Part shown: piece after piece, positions 57,301 to 64,000 of the stretch
Position numbering within the stretch: the stretch's first letter is position 1
How the letters are laid out: each line of letters starts with the position of its first letter
Virus record (IMG/VR): IMGVR_UViG_3300029787_000002
Coordinates: 32,001 to 96,000 of that record
DNA from: a virus
DNA: 64,000 nt
Reading direction: 5' to 3' (one strand)
Made by a program: the position numbers and the translations under genes
Notes under the pieces: model-generated
Seen by the model: only the letters and a program-made list of their open reading frames with translations
Databases searched by the model: none
Told to the model about the DNA's origin: nothing

Positions 57301-57421
57301 TGCATCAACATCATTAGACCTAACTACAAGATCTGCTTCCAATTTAGGTAATCTTATTTGGAATACCAGAGATTCTATAGGTTATGAAATCACAACAAGT
57401 GCATCCGAAGGAGGGTATTAA
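54335..57421 (+). CDS. Large multidomain beta-rich protein, probable virion appendage / glycan-binding protein
   Basis: CTAAATA late promoter upstream; three W(D/N)D(D/N)P repeats; two PA14-like segments (SDD/ADN...NPGG). Confidence 0.7.
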   Translation: MAFYYPEGSFGPICDVILPPTETVYQRPGGLLPPEDPSIIVIGDPRDDPPEGPPTRNLFPGLPRFISQRCKVRPDGTFHDCEYVYDLPVTWDCTGQNPPKEGCAGVFPNPNFNFDPTFFVPRLDVDSCIAWDPEINIKPIKYFTPSGTTITKYRKQKSTPLTYPVTSATQETIVTNDMVVQFDSTGDNLIVSGSATSGRVALELNWDDDPKTKDTALGKIEVNGLKFVQHICNNVEDLSLTLSGTSLVSWGNGRGERGGFRKPNEHDNIGNQYIAFGTSGTSPFSSLQTTRTAAVTLDLDNANHIFVYATLGNDTNGGETVNNSGEGLKIVWPDGTQNDVVDLEAQQDSGQSVKTFKQRNSKFRYCEVRVPVAFRNSNTTVQFKQTIQNSSGELQTSNNVSLSAFFNQLGDLEITGQGSGTLQLDFDWNDDPNNAGTAVSTIEVGGQTFTQSGEKGSQSKNISISAGQTINVTYNDNTGGYRLVDNGRVVCLMDGDDDDCNGNLRVGNITMDAISTNDPNCFDSIAIARIGYRAGGSGGDVEEATVRRSKVMQTGTYPITYTDRAQAPTRDNTFTKLKFKDSGGNDTNATFSVAADGDDATTVVTQGYWSDEGNRYAVWVNPEQCTLPLQQQTVTYLIPIPATDTYTITGGSDDTMSVFLNNSSTPLSNFNNAPGGIFAGGSYTTPYSETLTINGGTLTLVVRCTNSAAGFLDGDGNPIGNAYNWNRNPGGWYLKICRGSSCYGGATSPWVKSGPHQAWNALMNKYAVYPSNVETLTGVPHSASVQVNITQAGNYVMEVSADNSADYTFDGVSIGSQSGFASSSTININNVSIGPHIIGVTVTNAAPAAGNEDVWSKNPGGVAYTMKLAGSSTVSASFNSSGGITTTGTGSREFTLDFEWDDNPSDAGTALGTYRIAGVNFRQTPGQTSGNTSQVVILEGGRTYNATIVANSGGFRLKNNNSQLCFMDRDGDDCNAELDITPGANVDFFASTSLDLTTRSASNLGNLIWNTRDSIGYEITTSASEGGY

Positions 57422-57666
57422 TGGACTTACCAAAGATAAAAAATGAAGATCTACCCAAGGAACTCAAAGAGATCCTAGGTGATGGAGACGCAGAGTTTGA
57501 AGCGATCATGGATCCAATGGACTACATTGATATTCAATACAACCCTGATGAATGGTATGAAGGAAGATCTAAAGTCGCTGAGATGCTAGTAGAATCAAGA
57601 AAAAAATTAGAGGAAATCCGAAATGAGATTAAAAGACACGATAAAGGCAGCAAAGAAAATTATTAA
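57421..57666 (+). CDS. Hypothetical protein
   Basis: TAATG-coupled 81-aa ORF. Confidence 0.6.
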   Translation: MDLPKIKNEDLPKELKEILGDGDAEFEAIMDPMDYIDIQYNPDEWYEGRSKVAEMLVESRKKLEEIRNEIKRHDKGSKENY

Positions 57667-57786
57667 AGCACGCAAATGTTGCCCAGAGTATTATAATAAA
57701 GAGGATGTTTTATATGCAAAACTTCTGAAAAAACGTGCTGAAAGATTGTTAGAGATCAAACACAATGTACGGTCATCAGAAGACAC

Positions 57787-57820
57787 TTGACAAAACTTCG
57801 GGATCATGTTACTATAAATA
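57787..57820 (+). promoter_or_regulatory. Overlapping sigma70 and late promoters
   Basis: TTGACA, 17 bp, TACTAT; TATAAATA at 57813-57820. Confidence 0.7.
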
Positions 57821-57978
57821 ATCGGTGAAGGTGGGACGCCACCCTTCGATTAAGTATTTCCGAATGCCTCAATTACTCGCGCTAGGTCCTTCTTCAATCA
57901 CCTAACACGATGTCATGTCGAGACATCTATCATCTGCTGACCAAAATTTTAATCAGCAAGTAAATTCTTTTAAACAAA

Positions 57979-58350
57979 ATGATCAAATCAACAATCGCAG
58001 CACTCGCTGCAACTCCTCTTCTTTTCTCTGGTGCTGCGTTTGCAGGTCCTTACGTTAATGTAGAAGCAAACGGTTCTTATCCTGATGGAACATATACTAG
58101 TGGTGCTCTTGAACTTCAGGTTGGATACGAAGGCGCGACTGAAGGCGGTCTTGCTTGGTACGCTTCTGTAGGACCTACTGTAGGACATACTGAGTCTACT
58201 GACGAGTTCGGTGACACTGAACTTGCAGGATACCTTGGAGCATCTAAGGGAATCAGCGAGAAGGTTTCCCTTTACGGTGAAGTCTACGGTGTAACTAACG
58301 ATTCTGACTTTGATATGTCTGGAAAAGTGGGTGCAAAATATACCTTCTAA
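57979..58350 (+). CDS. Small outer-membrane beta-barrel protein (paralog of 25578..25937)
   Basis: Signal peptide ending AFA/GPYVNVE; C-terminal GAKYTF. Confidence 0.8.
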   Translation: MIKSTIAALAATPLLFSGAAFAGPYVNVEANGSYPDGTYTSGALELQVGYEGATEGGLAWYASVGPTVGHTESTDEFGDTELAGYLGASKGISEKVSLYGEVYGVTNDSDFDMSGKVGAKYTF

Positions 58351-58374
58351 GATACACTATATAAATTAAACCTA

Positions 58375-58398
58375 GGGGATCTAAGGGTCCCCTTTTTT
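58375..58398 (+). terminator. Intrinsic terminator
   Basis: GGGGATC-TAAG-GGTCCCC followed by TTTTTT. Confidence 0.82.
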
Positions 58399-58410
58399 AT
58401 TCTCCTTTTT

Positions 58411-58653
58411 ATGTTTATGAACTTCGCTGTTTACACTCGTACTGGTTGCCCTTACTGCACAAAAATTAAGCAGGTGCTTGAGGGAAAGGGATATAATTTT
58501 AGAGAATACAGATTGGGGGTTGACTTTGAGCGCGATGCGTTCTATAATCAATTCGGTAATGGATCTACCTTTCCTCAGGTAGTTCTTAATGGTACTAATC
58601 TTGGTGGTTGCACCGAGACTGTACAATACCTCCGTGAAAACAATCTTATCTGA
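58411..58653 (+). CDS. nrdC: Glutaredoxin
   Basis: CPYC, TFPQV and LGGC. Confidence 0.92.
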   Translation: MFMNFAVYTRTGCPYCTKIKQVLEGKGYNFREYRLGVDFERDAFYNQFGNGSTFPQVVLNGTNLGGCTETVQYLRENNLI

Positions 58654-58655
58654 TA

Positions 58656-59003
58656 ATGGATGAATTTTATGAACTTGTGGAACGATCGATTGATTGTGCT
58701 TTTGAACAAAACAAATTTTATTTCAAAGCATATGACTATCTAAAGTCTCGCAAGGTGAAGAGGAGAGAGATAACTGAGTTTATCCAATCCTCATCTGCCG
58801 ATACCTTATCACAACTCTGTTATGATTTGGATGCATACATTAAGGGTGGGTCTGATTCAGAACATCGATTCATCCGTGAAGCGTATGGTCACCTTGGAAA
58901 ACCAAGGGCAAGAAAGATCAAAGACTATCTGTACAAGATCCTACAAGATGCTTGGCAATATGAAATAGATCGTAGACCAGGGCGCAGGAAACCTTCTAAA
59001 TAA
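58656..59003 (+). CDS. Conserved cyanophage protein
   Basis: REAYGHL.KP.ARKI..YL..IL.DA. Confidence 0.75.
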   Translation: MDEFYELVERSIDCAFEQNKFYFKAYDYLKSRKVKRREITEFIQSSSADTLSQLCYDLDAYIKGGSDSEHRFIREAYGHLGKPRARKIKDYLYKILQDAWQYEIDRRPGRRKPSK

Positions 59004-59066
59004 TATTAACATCAAACATAGGAGGTTGGTTTCCATTTATTATAACTTTCATCTAAGGAGGAAACC

Positions 59067-59303
59067 ATGCTAATAGCACTAGCAACTTTAGTTACCATCG
59101 GTGCATTCATCTTAGGAATCACTGTTTCATGGTTAGCAAAGGGTTACGTTGAAGACTACATCGAAAACGCTGCCTACGCAAAATCAGTTACACATCCAGA
59201 GATGCTTGACGAGGACGGTAACATTTTACATGATGAACTTATCTACGTCAGACCTACATCCCCTTGGGATATCCAAGACTTAGACGACGACGAGGACGAC
59301 TGA
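59067..59303 (+). CDS. Small membrane protein
   Basis: N-terminal TM segment, HPEMLDEDGN and an acidic tail. Confidence 0.72.
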   Translation: MLIALATLVTIGAFILGITVSWLAKGYVEDYIENAAYAKSVTHPEMLDEDGNILHDELIYVRPTSPWDIQDLDDDEDD

Positions 59304-59324
59304 CTTCATTATTTTAAAATCATT

Positions 59325-59792
59325 ATGGCAACAAGAAACATGGACAATAGCAACCCTAGGTTGCTAATCAGTGAGGTTTTACGAAAAGTCTCAAACGCAA
59401 AAACAAAAGAAGAGAAGGCAAAACTTCTCAACAAACATAATAGTCAAGCACTCAGGTCACTTTTGATCTGGAACTTTGACGACAGTGTAATTTCTATGCT
59501 CCCCGAAGGCGACGTACCTTACACCCCTAATGATGCACCAGTAGGAACTGATCACACTCGATTAGAACAAGAGTACCGAGGTTTGTACAGGTTCGTTAAA
59601 GGTGGTGCTGATAAACTACCTAGTCTTAAGAGGGAGTCTATGTTTGTGCAACTGTTAGAAGGGTTATCCGCTGAAGAAGCAGAACTTCTTGTTCTTGTAA
59701 AGGATAAGAAACTCACCAGTAAATACAAAAGGATTACTCGTTCTACAGTTGCAGAAGCATTTCCAAATATCGATTGGGGTAAAAGAAGTTGA
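59325..59792 (+). CDS. Conserved T4-like hypothetical protein
   Basis: LPEGDVPY and KRESMFVQLLEGL..EEA. Confidence 0.78.
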   Translation: MATRNMDNSNPRLLISEVLRKVSNAKTKEEKAKLLNKHNSQALRSLLIWNFDDSVISMLPEGDVPYTPNDAPVGTDHTRLEQEYRGLYRFVKGGADKLPSLKRESMFVQLLEGLSAEEAELLVLVKDKKLTSKYKRITRSTVAEAFPNIDWGKRS

Positions 59793-60058
59793 AAGTTCTA
59801 TACGAGAACTGCGATAAAGAAAAGGCAAACGACACTTCGTTGCCTTACACTGCCTACCTTGTAACCTATAAGGTGGACGGTAAAGAACGTTACGACATCA
59901 CTATCTCCCAGAAGGGAGTGGAATTGTTTGACTATTATTATGATCTCTATAAAAAAGACTTTGTAACTTTTGTCCAGAGTAGAGGAAACATCAATCCTAG
60001 ACTGTGGCAAGATCCATCAGAGGCAAAGAAACCTACCAAGAAGAAAAAAACCAGATGA
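59789..60058 (+). CDS. Conserved cyanophage protein
   Basis: LPYTAYLV.Y, FDYYYD.Y and G.INPRLW. Confidence 0.72.
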   Translation: MKVLYENCDKEKANDTSLPYTAYLVTYKVDGKERYDITISQKGVELFDYYYDLYKKDFVTFVQSRGNINPRLWQDPSEAKKPTKKKKTR

Positions 60059-60687
60059 ATGTAAGTTTGATTTCGGTCACTCCCGATGCGGAGAAGACTA
60101 TTGGTTATGTAGCGAGGGTTAGTAACCCTAACAATCAAAACAACCCTAAGGTATCAGGGTTGCTAAAGTATTGTATTAAACATCAACACTGGAGTATCTT
60201 TGAACAGGCGTTCATGACTCTAGAAATATCAACTACAAGAGCAATTGCTGCACAGATCCTAAGACATCGTAGTTTTACATACCAAGAATTTTCACAACGC
60301 TACGCTGATAGTTCTCTACTAGGTACGATTGATTTACCGAAACTCAGACGTCAAGACACAAAGAATCGTCAGAATAGCATCGATGATGTTGACGAATTCT
60401 TAATTCAGGAGTATGATATAAAGATGCGTAAAATTATTGATGACTCCTTTGCACTTTATGAGGAAATGCTTAATCACGGTATTGCCAAAGAGTGTGCTAG
60501 AATGATTCTACCTTTATGTACACCCACCAAACTTTACATGTCTGGTAGTGTTCGGTCTTGGATGCATTATATCTCATTGCGTTCTGGACATGGTACACAA
60601 CAGGAGCACATGGATATCGCTGACGCTTGTAAGCATATCTTTGTCGAACAATTTCCTACAATTTCTGAAGCAATGGAGTGGAACTAA
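60055..60687 (+). CDS. thyX: Flavin-dependent thymidylate synthase
   Basis: HWSIFE and RHRSFTYQEFSQRY. Confidence 0.95.
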   Translation: MNVSLISVTPDAEKTIGYVARVSNPNNQNNPKVSGLLKYCIKHQHWSIFEQAFMTLEISTTRAIAAQILRHRSFTYQEFSQRYADSSLLGTIDLPKLRRQDTKNRQNSIDDVDEFLIQEYDIKMRKIIDDSFALYEEMLNHGIAKECARMILPLCTPTKLYMSGSVRSWMHYISLRSGHGTQQEHMDIADACKHIFVEQFPTISEAMEWN

Positions 60688-60917
60688 TGCCTACTTACCC
60701 TGTAATTAACACAAAAACTGAAGAGAAGAAAGAACTCTCCATGTCTATGAAAGATTATGATCAATGGCGTAAGGACAACCCAGACTGGGATAAAGACTGG
60801 TCTGCGGGTGTTGCAGGTAAAACTTATGGCAAACCTAAGATGGACGATGGGTTCAAAGAGGTTATGTCTAAAGTTCAAGCAGCACATCCTCGTTCAAACT
60901 TGAGTCGATTCACCTAA
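60687..60917 (+). CDS. Conserved small protein (FmdB-like slot before phoH)
   Basis: MPTYPVIN; DGFKEV.SKV. Confidence 0.7.
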   Translation: MPTYPVINTKTEEKKELSMSMKDYDQWRKDNPDWDKDWSAGVAGKTYGKPKMDDGFKEVMSKVQAAHPRSNLSRFT

Positions 60918-60920
60918 ATT

Positions 60921-61682
60921 ATGGCAAGAGCACGAAAAGGAACTAACAATCCTAAAACATTTCCAAATGGTATGTCTAAGAAGCATATGAAACGCAAAAA
61001 ACCTATTGATGCATCCTATCTGGTTCCTATCAAACCATTGACTGATAATCAGAAGACTGCTTTTGCTCAGTACAATGAGGGTAAGAATCTTTTACTCCAT
61101 GGTGCTGCAGGTACAGGTAAGACTTTCATTACATTGTATCTTGCTTTACAACAAGTACTTGACGAAAACACACCTTATGATAAAATATACATTGTAAGGT
61201 CTTTGGTTCCTACCAGAGAGATTGGTTTCCTTCCAGGTGACCATGAGGATAAGAGTGCTCTCTATCAGATTCCATACAAGAACATGGTTCGATACATGTT
61301 CAGTATGCCTGATGATAATTCATTCGAGATGCTTTACGACAACCTTCGTGCACAAGAGACTATTAGTTTCTGGTCCACTAGTTTCATTCGTGGTGTTACT
61401 CTTGACAATGCTATCGTTGTTGTCGATGAATTTTCTAACTTAAACTTTCATGAGTTAGATTCAATGATCACCAGAATTGGTGAAGAAAGTAAGATCATGT
61501 TCTGTGGTGACATCACCCAGTCTGATCTAACACGAGAGAATGATAAGTCTGGTATCTCAGACTTCATCAGAATCTTAGAACAGATGAAAGAGTTTGCATG
61601 TATTGAGTTTGATATCAATGATATCGTTCGCTCTGGTCTTGTAAAGTCTTATCTCATCAGCAAATACAACCTAGGATTATAA
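60921..61682 (+). CDS. phoH: PhoH-family ATPase
   Basis: GAAGTGKT, IGFLPG, FIRGVT, GDITQSD and DIVRSGLV. Confidence 0.95.
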   Translation: MARARKGTNNPKTFPNGMSKKHMKRKKPIDASYLVPIKPLTDNQKTAFAQYNEGKNLLLHGAAGTGKTFITLYLALQQVLDENTPYDKIYIVRSLVPTREIGFLPGDHEDKSALYQIPYKNMVRYMFSMPDDNSFEMLYDNLRAQETISFWSTSFIRGVTLDNAIVVVDEFSNLNFHELDSMITRIGEESKIMFCGDITQSDLTRENDKSGISDFIRILEQMKEFACIEFDINDIVRSGLVKSYLISKYNLGL

Positions 61683-62359
61683 TGTTTGACTTCGTTAAAG
61701 TAGACTTCAAAGAAACTGAAGTTCAACCTGTGAATAAAGATGGTGTTCGTTTCTATAAAATACCTGATACTGATAAATACTTTCCAAGTGTTACCTCAAT
61801 CACATCGTTTCAGAACGCACAGTTCTTCAAAGAATGGAGGACCAAAATTGGTGAACAAGAGGCAAATCGTATCACTGCTAGAGCAACACAACGAGGCACA
61901 ACCTTTCACAGTATTACCGAAGATTATATCCGAGGCAATCTAGACATCGAACAATACCTGGAGAATAATCCATTGGCAGTTCGTATGTTTCAATCCGCAA
62001 AGAAAGATCTCAATCGTATTTCAAACATACATTGCTTAGAAACTTTCCTATACTCTCACTATCTCGGACTAGCAGGTCGTGTTGACTGCATTGCTGAGTT
62101 CGATGGCGAGTTGGCAGTGATCGATTTTAAAACTTCAACTAAAGAAAAGAAGGAAGATTGGATCCAGAACTATTTTGTTCAGGAGACTGCATACGCAGCA
62201 ATGTTCCTTGAAAGATCTGGAATCGAGGTAAAGAAAATTGTCACACTCATTGCCACTGAAGAGGGCACTATTCAAATATTTGAGAAGTACAATCTTGATG
62301 ACTATTTACAGTTACTCAAAACCTACATCTCTGAATTCGTCGCTTTCCATAATGGTTGA
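61682..62359 (+). CDS. PD-(D/E)XK exonuclease
   Basis: PSVT, RGT.FH, AGRVDC, IDFKTS and Q..AYA. Confidence 0.88.
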   Translation: MFDFVKVDFKETEVQPVNKDGVRFYKIPDTDKYFPSVTSITSFQNAQFFKEWRTKIGEQEANRITARATQRGTTFHSITEDYIRGNLDIEQYLENNPLAVRMFQSAKKDLNRISNIHCLETFLYSHYLGLAGRVDCIAEFDGELAVIDFKTSTKEKKEDWIQNYFVQETAYAAMFLERSGIEVKKIVTLIATEEGTIQIFEKYNLDDYLQLLKTYISEFVAFHNG

Positions 62360-62642
62360 TAAAGTATTATCAAACGATGGTAAGAAAAAGTCTACCAAGA
62401 AGTCTACTGAGGACAAGTTCCTCACACCTACAAAATTTTCTCAAGAGATTGAGAGACTTGTAAAGACTAGTGGAGGACTAATTTCATACATCGAAGCAGT
62501 AGTTACATACTGTCAAGAAAATGAAATCGAATTGGAGACGGTTCCAAAGTTATTATCTAAACCTCTCAAGGAACGCTTGAGACATGAGGCACAACGCCTC
62601 AACTATATGAAACAGACTTCTAAGGGAGTGTTACCACTGTGA
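62352..62642 (+). CDS. g33: Late transcription coactivator gp33
   Basis: FS.EIE, YIEA...YC.EN.IE.E and LKE.L..EA..LN. Confidence 0.88.
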   Translation: MVDKVLSNDGKKKSTKKSTEDKFLTPTKFSQEIERLVKTSGGLISYIEAVVTYCQENEIELETVPKLLSKPLKERLRHEAQRLNYMKQTSKGVLPL

Positions 62643-63238
62643 CAGGGTTTGAAGTTTACAAAACTTACCTAGCACTCAAACAACATTTCACAAAGACAGA
62701 CTATGATTACGAAAAGTATCGAGGTAAAGTTCGTGCTTCCGAACAATCCTTTGAGCAGAGACTTGATCGATACTTTTTCAAAAAACTAGCGGTGAAGTTC
62801 AAGGACCATGAAATCTTTGATTACTTCATCGCTAACTTTTTGTCAAATCCTAGAGGGTATATCAAATCATTTAGTGTGGAAAACTATACCAAATGGAAGA
62901 TTGCACGAGAGTCTTTGACTTATAAATTTAAAGAAGACGTGAACGTTTTATTAGATGATCTCGAATCACCTTATGATCAATCGTTTGAAGACATCTTTAA
63001 AGCAAGCAAAGGTAATCATCCTCCACTGTTGAAGAGATACTATGCTAATGAAGTTTCATTAGATACATTAGTCATCTTTGAAAACTGTTTGGGTTATATC
63101 GATAACCTTTCTAAGATATTAGTTGACCCTATCTGGGAAGATACTAAAATGAAAGTAACCAAATACAAACCCTTTCTACAGGTAGACTGTAAGAAATACA
63201 AGGGTGTTATACTAGACGTAATACACACAAAGCTATGA
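62639..63238 (+). CDS. g59: Helicase loader gp59
   Basis: YK.YLALKQHF..YDY.KY.GK and DRYFF.KL. Confidence 0.9.
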   Translation: MTGFEVYKTYLALKQHFTKTDYDYEKYRGKVRASEQSFEQRLDRYFFKKLAVKFKDHEIFDYFIANFLSNPRGYIKSFSVENYTKWKIARESLTYKFKEDVNVLLDDLESPYDQSFEDIFKASKGNHPPLLKRYYANEVSLDTLVIFENCLGYIDNLSKILVDPIWEDTKMKVTKYKPFLQVDCKKYKGVILDVIHTKL

Positions 63239-63567
63239 GTTTTTTTGAATCTGAACAAGTCCAAGAAAATCTTAACGATATCTTCAACACTTATCAAGCA
63301 GTTGCTATGGTGACATCACAACTTGCAGAGATGACTAAGGAAGAAAAACTGGAACACATCGATGGGTGTAGGCAACTCATTGAGAAGCAGAAGAATTTCT
63401 ACTTCCGTCTCTCCCTTGCTGCTAAAGAGGACGAAGAGGCAAAGGATATGAGAGACAGGATTCATCAGTTAACTAAAGCATTCGGGTACGAGGACCTGAT
63501 GGACTGCATGGATGCAATGGTTGTGACACTCGAACAAGCAGCACAACAAGAACTTGACAGACCCTAA
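63235..63567 (+). CDS. DUF1825-like conserved protein
   Basis: MSFFESEQVQ and LIEKQK.FY.RLSL. Confidence 0.7.
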   Translation: MSFFESEQVQENLNDIFNTYQAVAMVTSQLAEMTKEEKLEHIDGCRQLIEKQKNFYFRLSLAAKEDEEAKDMRDRIHQLTKAFGYEDLMDCMDAMVVTLEQAAQQELDRP

Positions 63568-63582
63568 ATAGTATGCTACGAT
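63554..63582 (+). promoter_or_regulatory. g32 promoter (sigma70 with a nested late element)
   Basis: TTGACA, 17 bp, TG-n-TACGAT; CTAAATA in the spacer. Confidence 0.7.
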
Positions 63583-63629
63583 AACTCAGTAGTACAAAAA
63601 CCAAATCCAAACAATACGGAGAATACACT

Positions 63630-64000
63630 ATGTCTTTCGCATCATTAAAGAAAGCATCTGCAACTGGTAACACACTTGCAAAACTAACACAGGAGATTGA
63701 GAAACTCAATCAACCTCAACAGAGTTCATCCAATGTAGATGACCGTCTTTGGAAACCAGAACTCGACAAATCAGGTAACGGTTATGCTGTTATCCGATTC
63801 CTACCTGCACCTGACAGTGAAGAGATTCCATTTGCAAAAGTGTGGAGTCATGCATTCAAAGGACCTGGTGGGCAATGGTACATCGAAAACTCTTTGACTA
63901 CTCTTGGTAAGCAAGATCCTGTCTCTGAGTATAATACAGAACTTTGGAACGCAGGTGGAGAAGGATCTCCACAACGTGCACAAGCAAGGGCACAGAAACG
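63630..64000 (+). CDS. g32: ssDNA-binding protein gp32 (partial, runs off the window)
   Basis: MSFASLKK, DDRLWKPELDKSGNGYAVIRFLP and HAFKGPGGQWYIENSLTT. Confidence 0.96.
   Translation, partial: MSFASLKKASATGNTLAKLTQEIEKLNQPQQSSSNVDDRLWKPELDKSGNGYAVIRFLPAPDSEEIPFAKVWSHAFKGPGGQWYIENSLTTLGKQDPVSEYNTELWNAGGEGSPQRAQARAQK

Noticed and set aside
61682-62359. Cas4-like nuclease implying a CRISPR system
   Set aside because: It is the standard phoH-linked phage exonuclease, with no Fe-S cysteine cluster, cas genes or array.
1-64000. CRISPR array or other regularly spaced repeat array
   Set aside because: I read the intergenic gaps and found no repeat-spacer periodicity; the only long repeat is the two-copy 53-bp direct repeat.

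Overview
This is a 64-kb segment of a T4-like marine cyanomyovirus (Kyanoviridae-type; Prochlorococcus or Synechococcus host inferred from the host-derived genes). Core T4-like blocks run almost entirely on the + strand: head (g21, g22, g23), g3, uvsY, uvsW, g55, g47, g46, g45, g44, g62, regA, g43, uvsX, g41, g61, nrdA, nrdB, thyX, phoH, g33, g59 and a partial g32. Auxiliary genes include psbA (no psbD in the window), three hli, a psbN-like gene, pstS, talC, mazG, hsp20, dam, a glutaredoxin, five 2OG-Fe(II) oxygenases, two small outer-membrane beta-barrel paralogs and tRNA-Arg(TCT). The non-coding DNA is rich in regulation. It holds a manA-like ncRNA with its own promoter and terminator, a PhotoRC-II-like psbA leader, a ROSE-like thermometer before hsp20, a Pho box, terminator hairpins with a -35 box in the loop, and a recurring palindromic early-promoter element. 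The best candidates for undescribed biology are: (1) a nitrogen-sensing locus with twin NtcA-type boxes and two interlocking glutamine-riboswitch aptamers, the second of which has a whole 63-codon ORF nested in its P2 loop, upstream of DUF4278-like genes; (2) a seven-gene convergent cluster of membrane and secreted proteins between regA and hsp20; (3) a nuclease-like, ligase-fold and HIGH-nucleotidyltransferase trio followed by putative capsid-packaged polyproteins; (4) an inverted orphan-gene cassette flanked by 53-bp direct repeats; (5) a PD-(D/E)XK endonuclease directly after dam. All family assignments come from recognising motifs by eye; no database searches were run.
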